Shown one piece after another: positions 1-9,360 of a DNA stretch of 62,519 bases. This DNA is from Patescibacteria group bacterium (lineage in GTDB: Bacteria > Patescibacteriota > Patescibacteriia > UBA10025 > JAHIVO01). A program made the translations under genes and the position numbers. Under the pieces are notes generated by a model that was not told the origin of the DNA, did no database searches, and saw only the letters and a program-made list of their open reading frames with translations. Numbering within the stretch: the stretch's first letter is position 1; the number at the start of each line of letters is the position of its first letter. The DNA is taken from NCBI GenBank assembly GCA_022560375.1, contig JADFTK010000001.1, positions 1 to 62,519 on the forward strand, read 5' to 3'.

Positions 1-164
1 ATCAAAGTACCTCTAGAACTTCGATCCCGGCACAGCCTACCGTGGGGGATACTAAACAAAATGTAGCTGGGAATCTAGTGACTAAAGAGGGGAAAAAAGT
101 TGGCAGGAATGATCCCTGCCCATGCGGATCGGGTAAGAAATTTAAGAAATGCCACGGCAAATAG
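1..164 (+). CDS. secA: SecA translocase ATPase, C-terminal fragment (5' end outside window)
   Basis: Frame 3 is open from the window edge and ends ...[22 protein letters not shown]-stop (TAG 162-164). CPCGSGKK(F/Y)KKCHG is the zinc-binding SEC-C tail of SecA. Confidence 0.8.
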   Translation, partial: QSTSRTSIPAQPTVGDTKQNVAGNLVTKEGKKVGRNDPCPCGSGKKFKKCHGK

Positions 165-180
165 GTAAATAATCATTCAC

Positions 181-209
181 TTGACAGTGATATGATATGA
201 ATATATACT
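181..209 (+). promoter_or_regulatory. sigma70-type promoter TTGACA-N17-TATACT
   Basis: TTGACA 181-186, 17-nt spacer, TATACT 204-209. The same architecture recurs at 15108-15136. Confidence 0.45.
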
Positions 210-455
210 AGAATGTGCCTTATAATTCATCTACAGTAATTACCAAAAATAAAAAAGGCACATTTACACGGTGATCTTCTTCACTCATCGGTGTTTTTGC
301 ATGCAGTGGAAACACCATGGCACTTAATTAGAAACACAGCCTAAAAACTGTGAAAGGAGTGATGAAAATGCTTAACTTTTTTCGGCCTAAAAAGATGGTC
401 TAAAACAGGCTATCTTTATTCGTTACTAGCGATTTGGACTCTCGTTCAGCTAGCT

Positions 456-869
456 ATGTCAGTAGCAGAGTTTATACACTTAGATTCATACGTCATACCG
501 TATAGAATGCCAATTGTATATTTCTTTCTGCTCATTCTGTACATAGTAAAGAAAGAGTCCGATAGGTGGCTGGATATTAAATGGAAGAAACGAAAAGGCG
601 AAATTTATCTCGTCTTGTGGTTTGTTGTTACCGGGGTAATGTTCATTATTGAATGGTTTACCTCTGGTTACTATTTAGTTCCGGGACGACTGATTGAAAC
701 TTTGATCTGGATCATAGTTGCCTATGCCGGAGCGATGGTCTCAATAATCGTACACCACTTGATTAATTCTGAAACCGTAATTTCACTGTTAAAGCTCTAC
801 CTTAAGGAAAGGCAGCGCAGTGAATTAATAACCGTTAAACCTGTACACCGGAAAGAAGGTGTGGAATGA
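456..869 (+). CDS. hypothetical multi-pass membrane protein
   Basis: 137-aa ORF with about 3 hydrophobic segments. No recognisable family. No obvious SD. Followed by two hairpin terminators. Confidence 0.5.
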   Translation: MSVAEFIHLDSYVIPYRMPIVYFFLLILYIVKKESDRWLDIKWKKRKGEIYLVLWFVVTGVMFIIEWFTSGYYLVPGRLIETLIWIIVAYAGAMVSIIVHHLINSETVISLLKLYLKERQRSELITVKPVHRKEGVE

Positions 870-952
870 TATTAACGACCGAACCATTGGATTGTTCGGT
901 GAAGAGCAATTATTACAAGGCTATAATTGACTCCTCATGAAGAAGATCACTT

Positions 953-996
953 ATAGGTGGGGAAGCGTGCCAGCTCCCCACCTATACTTATTTTTT
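953..996 (+). terminator. rho-independent terminator
   Basis: ATAGGTGGGGA (953-963) pairs with TCCCCACCTAT (975-985), followed by a T-run to 996. Confidence 0.7.
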
Positions 997-1002
997 ACAG
1001 TA

Positions 1003-1032
1003 AACACCTAACTCTAAGTTGGGTGTTTTTTT
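1003..1032 (+). terminator. second tandem rho-independent terminator
   Basis: AACACCTAAC (1003-1012) pairs with GTTGGGTGTT (1018-1027, one G-U pair), followed by TTTTT. Confidence 0.6.
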
Positions 1033-1062
1033 AATTCAGTAAAAGATGGTAAAATAAACTAG

Positions 1063-1341
1063 ATGACGAAAAAAATAAAAATATTTTACTTTACGTTTAT
1101 CCTGATAATTTTAGTGGCGGTAGTGTCCATAGTACTGTATAATGTGATGCAAGAGGATACTAATATTATTAGCGTAGATTCAAATTTTGTTAGTGACAGG
1201 GTCCCTATTATAGATCCTGGCCCGACAAATATCACCTGTAGCAATTCGAGTGATTGTACCGGGGTCTGTGTGGCAGATGAGTGTTTGGTATCCAGCTGTA
1301 ATAAAACAACTAATACTTGCATTTGCTTAGGCATCTGCTAG
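1063..1341 (+). CDS. small membrane-anchored or secreted cysteine-rich protein
   Basis: 92 aa with an N-terminal hydrophobic anchor (IFYFTFILIILVAVVSIVLY). The last 34 residues contain 8 Cys (CSNSSDCTGVCVADECLVSSCNKTTNTCICLGIC). Confidence 0.5.
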   Translation: MTKKIKIFYFTFILIILVAVVSIVLYNVMQEDTNIISVDSNFVSDRVPIIDPGPTNITCSNSSDCTGVCVADECLVSSCNKTTNTCICLGIC

Positions 1342-1351
1342 CAAAAGAAAC

Positions 1352-1933
1352 ATGGCGAAAAAGTTTACATTTGCAATTATCGTCGGATCAGTCAGGCACA
1401 ATCGGCAGGGAATTAAAGTAGCTCGTTGGCTAGAAACTGTTGCCAAGACCAGGGGGCATGACATTGAGTTTGTCGATCCCCGAGAGACGCCTTTAGCTTT
1501 TTTGGATAAGATGCATAAAGAGTATAAAAGTGATGTCCCGAAAAATATGGAAAGAATTCATGAACAGCTTGAAAAAGCAGATGGATTTATTTTAGTAACG
1601 CCTGAATATAATCACAGCATTTCTGGAGTTATGAAAAATTTACTTGATCATTTTCAGAAAGAATATTTTTTCAAACCAGCCGGCATCGTTGGTTATTCAG
1701 TTGGAGACTTTGGCGGGGTAAGGGCTGTTGAACAGATAAGGCTCATTGCCGTAGAATTGGGCATGACCCCCACTCCAATAGCCTTACCCATCAGTAAGGT
1801 GGAGGAAGTATTTTCTGAATCGGGGGATCTCACGAACCAATCATACGCCAAAAGGGTGGACAGATTTTTTGATGGACTAGAGTGGTATACTGAAGCCTTG
1901 TTGACGCAAAGACTAAAAGGAACACCATATTAA
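1352..1933 (+). CDS. NAD(P)H-dependent FMN reductase family protein
   Basis: 193 aa with a flavodoxin-like pattern: FAIIVGSVRHNRQG ... ADGFILVTPEYNHSISGVMKNLLDH. Confidence 0.75.
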   Translation: MAKKFTFAIIVGSVRHNRQGIKVARWLETVAKTRGHDIEFVDPRETPLAFLDKMHKEYKSDVPKNMERIHEQLEKADGFILVTPEYNHSISGVMKNLLDHFQKEYFFKPAGIVGYSVGDFGGVRAVEQIRLIAVELGMTPTPIALPISKVEEVFSESGDLTNQSYAKRVDRFFDGLEWYTEALLTQRLKGTPY

Positions 1934-1961
1934 AAAACTGTAATTAATATTTTTATATTTT

Positions 1962-2381
1962 ATGGCACAAGATCAGGAAGTTCCCGTATACACTAAACAG
2001 CCGATCGAACCAATTGGAGAACCGCAAAAAATAATTTCAGTTCGGGAATTATTGGAGCACTGGTTAATCATGATTGTTTTGTGGGGGCTGTTATATTTCC
2101 AAGCAATTTTCTTAGCGGAAATATTAGATCGATGGTCCGATCCTTTTTATGTATCATCTTTTTTTACAGATGGAGGGCGCTTAGCTGAAATGATAGCTTT
2201 CGCCTTAACTGTAGTAATGTCTTTATATATTGTTGGCGTGACACTTTTTGTCCTATGGCAATTAATTTTCAAGAGTTTTAAAAATATTGATTACCAGCAA
2301 TTGATCAGGCTAAATACTTTGGCCTTAACTTCATTTGTTGTTTACTGGGTTATTTTTATTAGCTTTTTTGTTAGGATTTAG
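1962..2381 (+). CDS. hypothetical membrane protein
   Basis: 139 aa with about 3 hydrophobic segments. No recognised family. Confidence 0.45.
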   Translation: MAQDQEVPVYTKQPIEPIGEPQKIISVRELLEHWLIMIVLWGLLYFQAIFLAEILDRWSDPFYVSSFFTDGGRLAEMIAFALTVVMSLYIVGVTLFVLWQLIFKSFKNIDYQQLIRLNTLALTSFVVYWVIFISFFVRI

Positions 2382-2441
2382 GAATAGTATCAAATTTTTT
2401 CAAAAAATATTGATGATTGAATTCTATTACTCAGTGTTAAG

Positions 2442-4133
2442 ATGACCCCATTATTTTCGGAATTTACTATAGTGATAGTCTTGGCAGCAGTACTAGGGAT
2501 TGTTGCTAGGATGTTACGTCAGCCGACTATAGTTGCTTATTTAGCAGCTGGAGTTATTGTTGGTTCTTTTAATATACTGCAATCTGGCAGTTTGGAGATT
2601 TTCGATGTAATGGCTACTTTGGGAATAACTCTATTGCTATTTATAGTAGGTCTTCAAATTAAACTTGATAATCTAAAAATCGTAGGTAAAGCTGCATTAA
2701 TTGCGGGCACAGGACAAATCGCTTTTACAGCCATAATTGGCTTTGCTATGGTTCGATGGCTCGGCTTTGCAACTTTACCATCTGTTTATATCGCTTTTGC
2801 CCTGACTTTTTCCAGTACCATTATAGTTATTAAGCTATTAACTCAGAAAAGGGATCTACAAAGTTTATACGGGAGAATAGTCATAGGATTTTTGATTGTT
2901 CAGGATGTGGTGGCCATATTTGTTATTATGTTTTTGGGTGGATTTGAGCCGGGAACAGACTCATTGCAACTTCAGTCTCTTTTTCCAACTATCACGAAAA
3001 GTTTAATTTTATTTGGCGGGACCATCTGGCTATCTCATAAAGTTTTTCCTTGGATTTTTGCCAAGTTGGCCCGTACCCCAGAGCTAGTTTTCATAACGAG
3101 TATTGCCTGGGCCTTTGGGGTCAGCCTTTTTGTTTCCAGTGAGTTCATTGGCTTGTCAGTTGAAATTGGTGGATTTCTAGCAGGGATATCTTTAGCCAAG
3201 TCTATCGAGCAATATCAAATTGAATCTCAATTAAGGCCGCTTAGGGACTTTTTTATCGTGATATTTTTCGTGGTCCTGGGTTCATCCTTAGTTCTTAGTA
3301 ATATAGGAGACATAATAACGCCGGCGATTATATTATCTTTATTTGTCCTAGTCGGGAATCCTCTTATAGTTTTGATTTTAATGGGATTTTTGGGTTTCAG
3401 AAAAAAAACAAATTTTTATGCTAGCATTACAGTGGCACAAATTTCTGAATTTGGTCTTATTTTGATGGCTATGGGCCTAGCTCAAGGACACGTAAGTAAA
3501 TCAGAAGTGTCATTAGTTACCCTGATAGGCGTTATTACCATTACTGTCTCAACGTATATGATCCTAAACAGCCACAAAATATTCATGAAAATAAAAAATA
3601 TTTTAAATATTTTTGAAAAGAAGAACCCGCAAGAGGAAATACCGCTGCCACCGAACACCAAGGGTCCCATAATACTAGCTGGCGCAAATAGATTAGGTGC
3701 ACATTTGCTGAGATCTATAGAGAAACAAAAATTAGTCGTAGTCGAGTATGACCCAGAGATTGTAAAAAAATTAAGGAAGAAGAAATATAAAGTACTATAT
3801 GGGGACATTACCGAAATTGATATCCAAGAGCAAGTCCATTTAGAACAAGCCCATATATTTATATCAACTATTCCTGATATTGATGACAATTTAATGCTAC
3901 TAGATCGTTTCCGGGCAATGAAGATGTCTCAGAAGCATATGCCTGTTGTCATTGTGACTGCCTATACGAATTTTGAAGCTAGGCAATTGTACAGTGCTGG
4001 TGCTGATTACGTGATCATGCCCCATTTTCTTGGTGGTATGCATTTAGCCTCCCTCTTGAAGGAAGGGGTTGTTGACCAGATAATGATGAATAATTGGAAG
4101 AAGCATGATAGAAAATTGCTGCGCGAAAATTAA
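2442..4133 (+). CDS. cation:proton antiporter (CPA2/Kef-type) with C-terminal RCK/TrkA-N domain
   Basis: 563 aa. Roughly 380-aa polytopic Na_H-exchanger-like N-terminus, then a Rossmann-like ILAGANRLGAHLLRSI...VVVEYDPE segment. Confidence 0.85.
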   Translation: MTPLFSEFTIVIVLAAVLGIVARMLRQPTIVAYLAAGVIVGSFNILQSGSLEIFDVMATLGITLLLFIVGLQIKLDNLKIVGKAALIAGTGQIAFTAIIGFAMVRWLGFATLPSVYIAFALTFSSTIIVIKLLTQKRDLQSLYGRIVIGFLIVQDVVAIFVIMFLGGFEPGTDSLQLQSLFPTITKSLILFGGTIWLSHKVFPWIFAKLARTPELVFITSIAWAFGVSLFVSSEFIGLSVEIGGFLAGISLAKSIEQYQIESQLRPLRDFFIVIFFVVLGSSLVLSNIGDIITPAIILSLFVLVGNPLIVLILMGFLGFRKKTNFYASITVAQISEFGLILMAMGLAQGHVSKSEVSLVTLIGVITITVSTYMILNSHKIFMKIKNILNIFEKKNPQEEIPLPPNTKGPIILAGANRLGAHLLRSIEKQKLVVVEYDPEIVKKLRKKKYKVLYGDITEIDIQEQVHLEQAHIFISTIPDIDDNLMLLDRFRAMKMSQKHMPVVIVTAYTNFEARQLYSAGADYVIMPHFLGGMHLASLLKEGVVDQIMMNNWKKHDRKLLREN

Positions 4134-4193
4134 GATGATTTCGATTACAGTAATCGTTTGACCGGTTTTATATGGAGAGTGTAATATTCGTCT

Positions 4194-4556
4194 ATGTCAA
4201 ATCAAACTAATTTAATCTTTGTTTATAATAGCAATAGTAGCCCTATGGCGCAGGCTATTGATTTTTTTCAACTTATAAAGTCACCACAGACTTATAAATG
4301 TAATCTGTATAAAATAACTCATGATAGTTTTTTTATGAAAAAGGAGTGGGAGGGATTGGTACAAAAATTATCAATCAATGTTAAATATTTTTACCAGGAT
4401 GAGTTCAGAAAAAAATATCCAGATATAAAATCAGACACCCCAACAATATTAAGTAATAAGGAAGACAGAATTAAAACTTTTATTTCGACTGACGAAATTA
4501 ATGGCATGTTATCGTGTAATGACCTGATTAGTACTATTACGAATAGAATAACTTAG
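4194..4556 (+). CDS. hypothetical protein
   Basis: 120-aa ORF with no motif I can name. Confidence 0.4.
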   Translation: MSNQTNLIFVYNSNSSPMAQAIDFFQLIKSPQTYKCNLYKITHDSFFMKKEWEGLVQKLSINVKYFYQDEFRKKYPDIKSDTPTILSNKEDRIKTFISTDEINGMLSCNDLISTITNRIT

Positions 4557-4627
4557 TCTTTACAAAATCCTGAGAATCTGCTATACTACATTCAGGAAGG
4601 TTAAAAAAAACAAAAAATAAAAATTAT

Positions 4628-6034
4628 ATGGATCGGCAAAGGGTGATAGTTACTTTCATTAGTATAATGTTCATCACTGCCATCGGAGCATTATTCTTAG
4701 TGCCGCGTACTACCAATGCGGCTTTTTCGCGTAACCCAGAAGTTAGGATATTTTCCGGTAACACTCAAATTGATTCGTTTGAGGCGTTTGATAAAAATTT
4801 TCAGGGTGGAGTACAGATATATACTGCAGATGTCGGTAGTGATGGAGTCCCTGAGATTATTGTGGCACCAGGGCCTGGTGCTGACCCGATAATTAAAATA
4901 CTAAGGGCAGATGGCAGTGAGATAAATAGTTTCCTAGCTTACGAGACTAATATGCGTGTGGGGATAAATATCGCGGTAGGTGACCTAAATAATGATGGTA
5001 TTGCTGAAATTATTACTGCCCCCCGGATTGGTGGAGCACCACACATCAGGATATTTAATGTCGCTGGCGAGATACAGTTCACGCCTGGCTTCTTTGCTTA
5101 TGACGAAAAATTTAGAGGAGGTGTCAGTATTGCTATTGGTGATTTAGATGGTGATGGGAAAAACGAAATAGTAACCGGTGCTGGGGCGGGAGGCGGACCG
5201 CATGTACGTGTATTCGATAATTATGGAAAGGAACTGGTAAATTTTTTCCCTTTCCATAAAGATTTCCGAGGTGGCATTAATGTAGCTACGGCCAATGTGG
5301 ATGGGGGGGATGATGATGAGCTAGTGGTCAGCGTTCAAACTTCTGGTTCTCCTTGGGTTAAAGTTATAAAAAAGAATGGTCAGGAAACTCTATTAGGACA
5401 TTTTTTGGCCTATGATGAAAGTTTCAAAGGTGGCGTCCAAATATCCTCCGGTGACATAGATGGAGACGGATTTGATGAAATAATCACCGCAGCTGGGGCG
5501 GGAGGCGGACCGCAGATAAGGGCTTTCGAGGGACATGGCCAAGCACTGTCTAACAATTTCTTTGCGTATGAGCAGGATTTTCGGGGAGGCGTCAATATAG
5601 CATCGGCGGACCTAGATGGGGACGGAGTTGATGAAATTATTAGTGCTCCAGCAGCTTGGTTAGCCGAAGGCAGGGTAGACCTGCCAAAGTACGTTTTAGT
5701 TGATTTATCAGAGCAAAGAATCTATGTGTATGATTATGGCCGGATGGTTAAAACTTTTCTAATATCATCGGGTTTATCAGGCACGCCGACTAACGTGGGG
5801 ACCTTTGCAGTTCAGCAGAAATTATACTCACATTTATACCAAGGTGAAGATTATTATTTTCCTAATACTTTGTGGAATCTCCGTTATGATGGTGCTTATT
5901 TGTTGCATGGTGCTTATTGGCACAATGATTTTGGTAGGCCAAAAAGCCATGGTTGTATAAACATCCATTATACAAATGCTGAGTGGCTTTATAACTGGGC
6001 GGAAGTGGGAACTACAGTAATCATCGAGCAATAA
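4628..6034 (+). CDS. membrane-anchored FG-GAP repeat beta-propeller fused to L,D-transpeptidase (YkuD) catalytic domain
   Basis: N-terminal TM segment. About 7 repeats of F..F...FRGGV.I..GD.DGDG..EI. The C-terminus carries the YkuD signature ...LLHGAYWHNDFGRPKSHGCINI. Confidence 0.85.
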   Translation: MDRQRVIVTFISIMFITAIGALFLVPRTTNAAFSRNPEVRIFSGNTQIDSFEAFDKNFQGGVQIYTADVGSDGVPEIIVAPGPGADPIIKILRADGSEINSFLAYETNMRVGINIAVGDLNNDGIAEIITAPRIGGAPHIRIFNVAGEIQFTPGFFAYDEKFRGGVSIAIGDLDGDGKNEIVTGAGAGGGPHVRVFDNYGKELVNFFPFHKDFRGGINVATANVDGGDDDELVVSVQTSGSPWVKVIKKNGQETLLGHFLAYDESFKGGVQISSGDIDGDGFDEIITAAGAGGGPQIRAFEGHGQALSNNFFAYEQDFRGGVNIASADLDGDGVDEIISAPAAWLAEGRVDLPKYVLVDLSEQRIYVYDYGRMVKTFLISSGLSGTPTNVGTFAVQQKLYSHLYQGEDYYFPNTLWNLRYDGAYLLHGAYWHNDFGRPKSHGCINIHYTNAEWLYNWAEVGTTVIIEQ

Positions 6035-6053
6035 AGAGTAATTTAAACTGTAG

Positions 6054-6082
6054 AAAGAGGCGCCATGGTGCCTCTTTTTTTA
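6054..6082. terminator. hairpin terminator between convergent genes
   Basis: AGAGGCGCC/GGTGCCTCT palindrome (6056-6075) followed by TTTTTTT on the plus strand. Lies between the ends of 4628..6034(+) and 6084..9242(-). Confidence 0.6.
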
Positions 6083-6083
6083 T

Positions 6084-9000
6084 TTAGGTTTTAGAGCTGG
6101 AGAATTTATTTTTGATATAAGTCCGGAGAGAAATACTGATTGAATAAAGTATGGGGATGGCAACGAGGGTGCCTATCGTTGAAAATATTAAACCGGCTAT
6201 GATACTAGTCCCCAGACCAGTCCAGAAAGGGTCAAGTAGAGTAAGCGGTAGTATGCCACCAATGGTCGTTATCGAGGTGGAAAAAATTGGTTTGAAGCGC
6301 GAGTGACCAGTGCGGACAAGTGTTTCAGAAATAATCTCGTCAGGATATTCAATCCGGTATCGATTGAATGTTGAAATTAGTACTATGGCGTCGTTTACTA
6401 CCACGCCTACCAAAGCAATAACCCCTAAACCTGAAATCATGTTGAGGGTACTACCTACGAATAATAATCCGGGAAACACGCCAATCAGTGCTAAGGGTAT
6501 AGCGAACATGATTAATAATGGCTGCATATATGAATAGAATTGCCATACCAGAATTAGGTAGACTCCTAACATAGCCAGGACGAAAACAATTTGCAGTTTA
6601 CTAAAGTCAGTTTCAAACACTGAGAATTCGCCTCCGAAAGTGACTGCATCCTTAGACAGGCCTAGCTCGACTAATTTTTCTTCTGATAAATAGTCTCTTA
6701 CTTTTTGATCAAGGGCAATCGGGTCAGCGTCCTCTTCTAGTTCGATACTGAGGCTAGCGACCCTTCGGTTATCCAGCCTTTTTATGCTAATGGGGCTTCT
6801 TACACTTTCTATCTCTGCTATGTCGGATAATTTTATTTGGCGTCCGGTAGCTGAGGTGACAGTTAGGTTATTTAGATCGTCGATCGAATTGGTTGATTCT
6901 AAAGAAAAGCTTAAAATTAAGTCATCAGATAACCCGTCTTCGCCGGAGGTTAGAGAGCCAATTTTTTGTGGGGCGAATATGGCATTTACCGTCCCAGCAG
7001 CAGCCAGCGAATTTACATTTCTCTTAGCTAATTTTTCCTGATTTAGGTTTACTTCAATAGAATTAACTAAAGACTCTTCGGAGCTATTGACGATATTTTT
7101 GATATCCCCATCGCTAGCTAAGAATTTTTCTAGATCCGCAGTAGCCTCCATCAATGATCCACGATCATTATCCAAGAAGTTTACGACCAAAGCAAACTGG
7201 TCTGTAGGAGGGCCAGCAGAAGCGGCTTGAGCGGAAATTTCAATATCATCTGAAATCTCACTTCTAATTTTGTTAAGGCCTACCTTATATTCGTCTGCTA
7301 TGTCGTAAATTGTTTTTTTATCTTCTCTTAGCTTTGGTTGAGTGAACGAAGAAAAGATCGTATCTCCGAAAGTGTAAAAGTTCTGAAAATGGGGGAGTTT
7401 AATAGCCTCGTCCTGGACCTTGACAAACACATCTTTTTTTTCATCGTATGTTGTTCCGGCGGGGAAAGTAATATTTATTGTCATGGTATCTCCGTCATTA
7501 GATGGGAACTGTTCAAATTCTAATCGTGGAGCGAAATATCCAAAACTGATACCAAATAAAATTGTAACGATCAGAAGTATAATCACCTTGTACTGAGTCC
7601 TTTGATAAACTCTCTGCATGAAGGATCGGTAGGCATTAGCCAGTCGGTCTATTAAATTTTGACCGAAATGTACTATGGCTGGCAAGACTAATAGTTTTTG
7701 CCATCTCTTTAGTTTTGTATCTCTCCTTTCTTGGTAGGTTTGTTCTTTCAGAATCCATCTACCCATGAGCGGCGTAATAGAAATAGCCACTAAATATGAT
7801 GCGGCAATGAGGATCATCACCGTATAAGGTATGAATTTCAAAAAATCTCCAATAATCCCTCCTATATTTGCGAAAGGAATAAATACCACGATCGTGGTAA
7901 GGGTGGCTGCCGTCACTGCCGGCCCAAACTTTTTGATAGAGAGCAGGGCCGCGGTTTTTTTGTTGGCGCCCCTCTCTAGTTCATGGACCATCCCTTCGGC
8001 TATGACAATGGCGTTATCAACTAAAATCCCTAGCGTTAAAATCATAGCAAACAGGGTCAGAGTATTTATTGTGAAATTTAGTAGAGCCATGGCAAACAGT
8101 CCAATAAGCAATACTATGGGAATTACTAAGGCTACCACGATGGCAGTTCTCAAATTTATGAAAAAAAGTAAAACGACCAGAATTAGTATTAGGCCTAAGT
8201 AGCCATTATTCAGCAGGCTATTTATTTGATCGTCAATAAATGGGGCGAGATCAAATCCGGTCACGATGTCAATATCATTTGGTATAATTCCAGAATTTTT
8301 GATATTTTCAATTTCTGCGTGAATATCGTCCGACATATTTATTATGTCACCATCGTCATTTTTGAAGATGAGAAGGTAAACCGATTCCTTAGAAAAAGGG
8401 GTACCGTCTTTTACATACCCGACATATTGAACAGAGTCAATATTTTTTGGAACTCTTTCAATCTCAGCGATATCTGAGAGTTTAACTCTGCCGATTATCA
8501 AATCATTTAAGTCTTCAAGGTTTTGGACTGGTGAGTTTACGGTGATTGATTCTTTTCTGCCATCTGAAGTTTCCACCGTTCCTCCTGGTAAAGATAGTAC
8601 CTGTGATTGAATAGTGCTTTTGATAGAATCATATGATAGATTCTTTGCCGCTAGTTGGGAATTGTCTAAGGTAATCTTAATCTCAAATTCATTGCTGGGA
8701 GATATCTCTATGCGTTTTAAATCGGGCGAGGATAGCTCTAAGCGGGTTTTAATTTCTCCCGCATATTGAATCAATTCGGAAGTACTTTGGCCATTATTTC
8801 CTATTATTCCCAGCGCAATTGAGGGGCCGGTTGCATCTACTGTTTTTATTTCTACATCAGCATCGTTAGGCAGTCCTATTTTATTTAGCTCATTATTTAA
8901 TTTTGTGGCGACTTTATCCGTGTCATTTACATCTTTTACAAAAACCTCAACCAAGCCAAAACCGTTTTGTGATCTTGATTTTACATAGTCAACCTCATCG

Positions 9001-9242
9001 AGTGTATTGGCTGATTGCTCAATGGGAATTATGACTTCTCTCTCTACGTCAGCGGGAGATGCCCCGGGGAAAGTAGCAGTAACCACTACAAAATTGAGTG
9101 GGATAGTTGGGAAGTCCTGTCGTTGATTATTGGTTATTCCCCATATCCCCGCGAATAGTATAGCGATTAGCACTAAGATACTTATCCGATATCTCGTTAT
9201 GAAGAATTTAGACCACCGCATTATAAATGATTCACCGTTCAT
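6084..9242 (-). CDS. RND family efflux transporter permease (AcrB/HAE-like)
   Basis: 1052 aa with typical 12-TM RND topology and two large loops. No adaptor (MFP) or outer-membrane factor gene is adjacent. Confidence 0.85.
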   Translation of the reverse strand: MNGESFIMRWSKFFITRYRISILVLIAILFAGIWGITNNQRQDFPTIPLNFVVVTATFPGASPADVEREVIIPIEQSANTLDEVDYVKSRSQNGFGLVEVFVKDVNDTDKVATKLNNELNKIGLPNDADVEIKTVDATGPSIALGIIGNNGQSTSELIQYAGEIKTRLELSSPDLKRIEISPSNEFEIKITLDNSQLAAKNLSYDSIKSTIQSQVLSLPGGTVETSDGRKESITVNSPVQNLEDLNDLIIGRVKLSDIAEIERVPKNIDSVQYVGYVKDGTPFSKESVYLLIFKNDDGDIINMSDDIHAEIENIKNSGIIPNDIDIVTGFDLAPFIDDQINSLLNNGYLGLILILVVLLFFINLRTAIVVALVIPIVLLIGLFAMALLNFTINTLTLFAMILTLGILVDNAIVIAEGMVHELERGANKKTAALLSIKKFGPAVTAATLTTIVVFIPFANIGGIIGDFLKFIPYTVMILIAASYLVAISITPLMGRWILKEQTYQERRDTKLKRWQKLLVLPAIVHFGQNLIDRLANAYRSFMQRVYQRTQYKVIILLIVTILFGISFGYFAPRLEFEQFPSNDGDTMTINITFPAGTTYDEKKDVFVKVQDEAIKLPHFQNFYTFGDTIFSSFTQPKLREDKKTIYDIADEYKVGLNKIRSEISDDIEISAQAASAGPPTDQFALVVNFLDNDRGSLMEATADLEKFLASDGDIKNIVNSSEESLVNSIEVNLNQEKLAKRNVNSLAAAGTVNAIFAPQKIGSLTSGEDGLSDDLILSFSLESTNSIDDLNNLTVTSATGRQIKLSDIAEIESVRSPISIKRLDNRRVASLSIELEEDADPIALDQKVRDYLSEEKLVELGLSKDAVTFGGEFSVFETDFSKLQIVFVLAMLGVYLILVWQFYSYMQPLLIMFAIPLALIGVFPGLLFVGSTLNMISGLGVIALVGVVVNDAIVLISTFNRYRIEYPDEIISETLVRTGHSRFKPIFSTSITTIGGILPLTLLDPFWTGLGTSIIAGLIFSTIGTLVAIPILYSISISLRTYIKNKFSSSKT

Positions 9243-9360
9243 TAATTTTGTCAGTAATTTTTTATTAGAATTATTATAACACCTACCAAGGAAAGATCAA
9301 TGCTAGCATGCTCAATATAGATTTTTTAATATTCCATACATCGTGTATAATGTATATCAT

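Noticed and set aside
215-261. Hairpin GTGCCTT...AAGGCAC downstream of secA as the secA terminator.
   Set aside because: The loop is 33 nt and no U-tract follows. It also lies downstream of the predicted promoter at 181-209, so it is more likely part of the leader RNA.
1086-1334. Antisense or shadow ORFs listed in the ORF track. Examples: 1086..1334(-), 3482..3889(-), 7831..8202(+), 13658..14143(-), 15209..15646(-), 16276..16692(-), 18845..19306(-), 19188..19610(-), 27673..28011(-), 33252..33800(-), 40698..41042(-), 57182..57466(+), 59272..59541(+), 61961..62287(-).
   Set aside because: Each lies entirely inside, and opposite to or out of frame with, a gene that has clear family motifs. Their translations are low complexity (S/L/F/I-rich), as expected from AT-rich antisense sequence.
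5180-5514. Exact 23-nt repeat GCTGGGGCGGGAGGCGGACCGCA at 5180-5202 and 5492-5514.
   Set aside because: Both copies encode the same GAGAGGGP(H/Q) turn in successive FG-GAP blades of one gene. This is intragenic repeat-domain similarity (possibly gene conversion), not a mobile or regulatory repeat.
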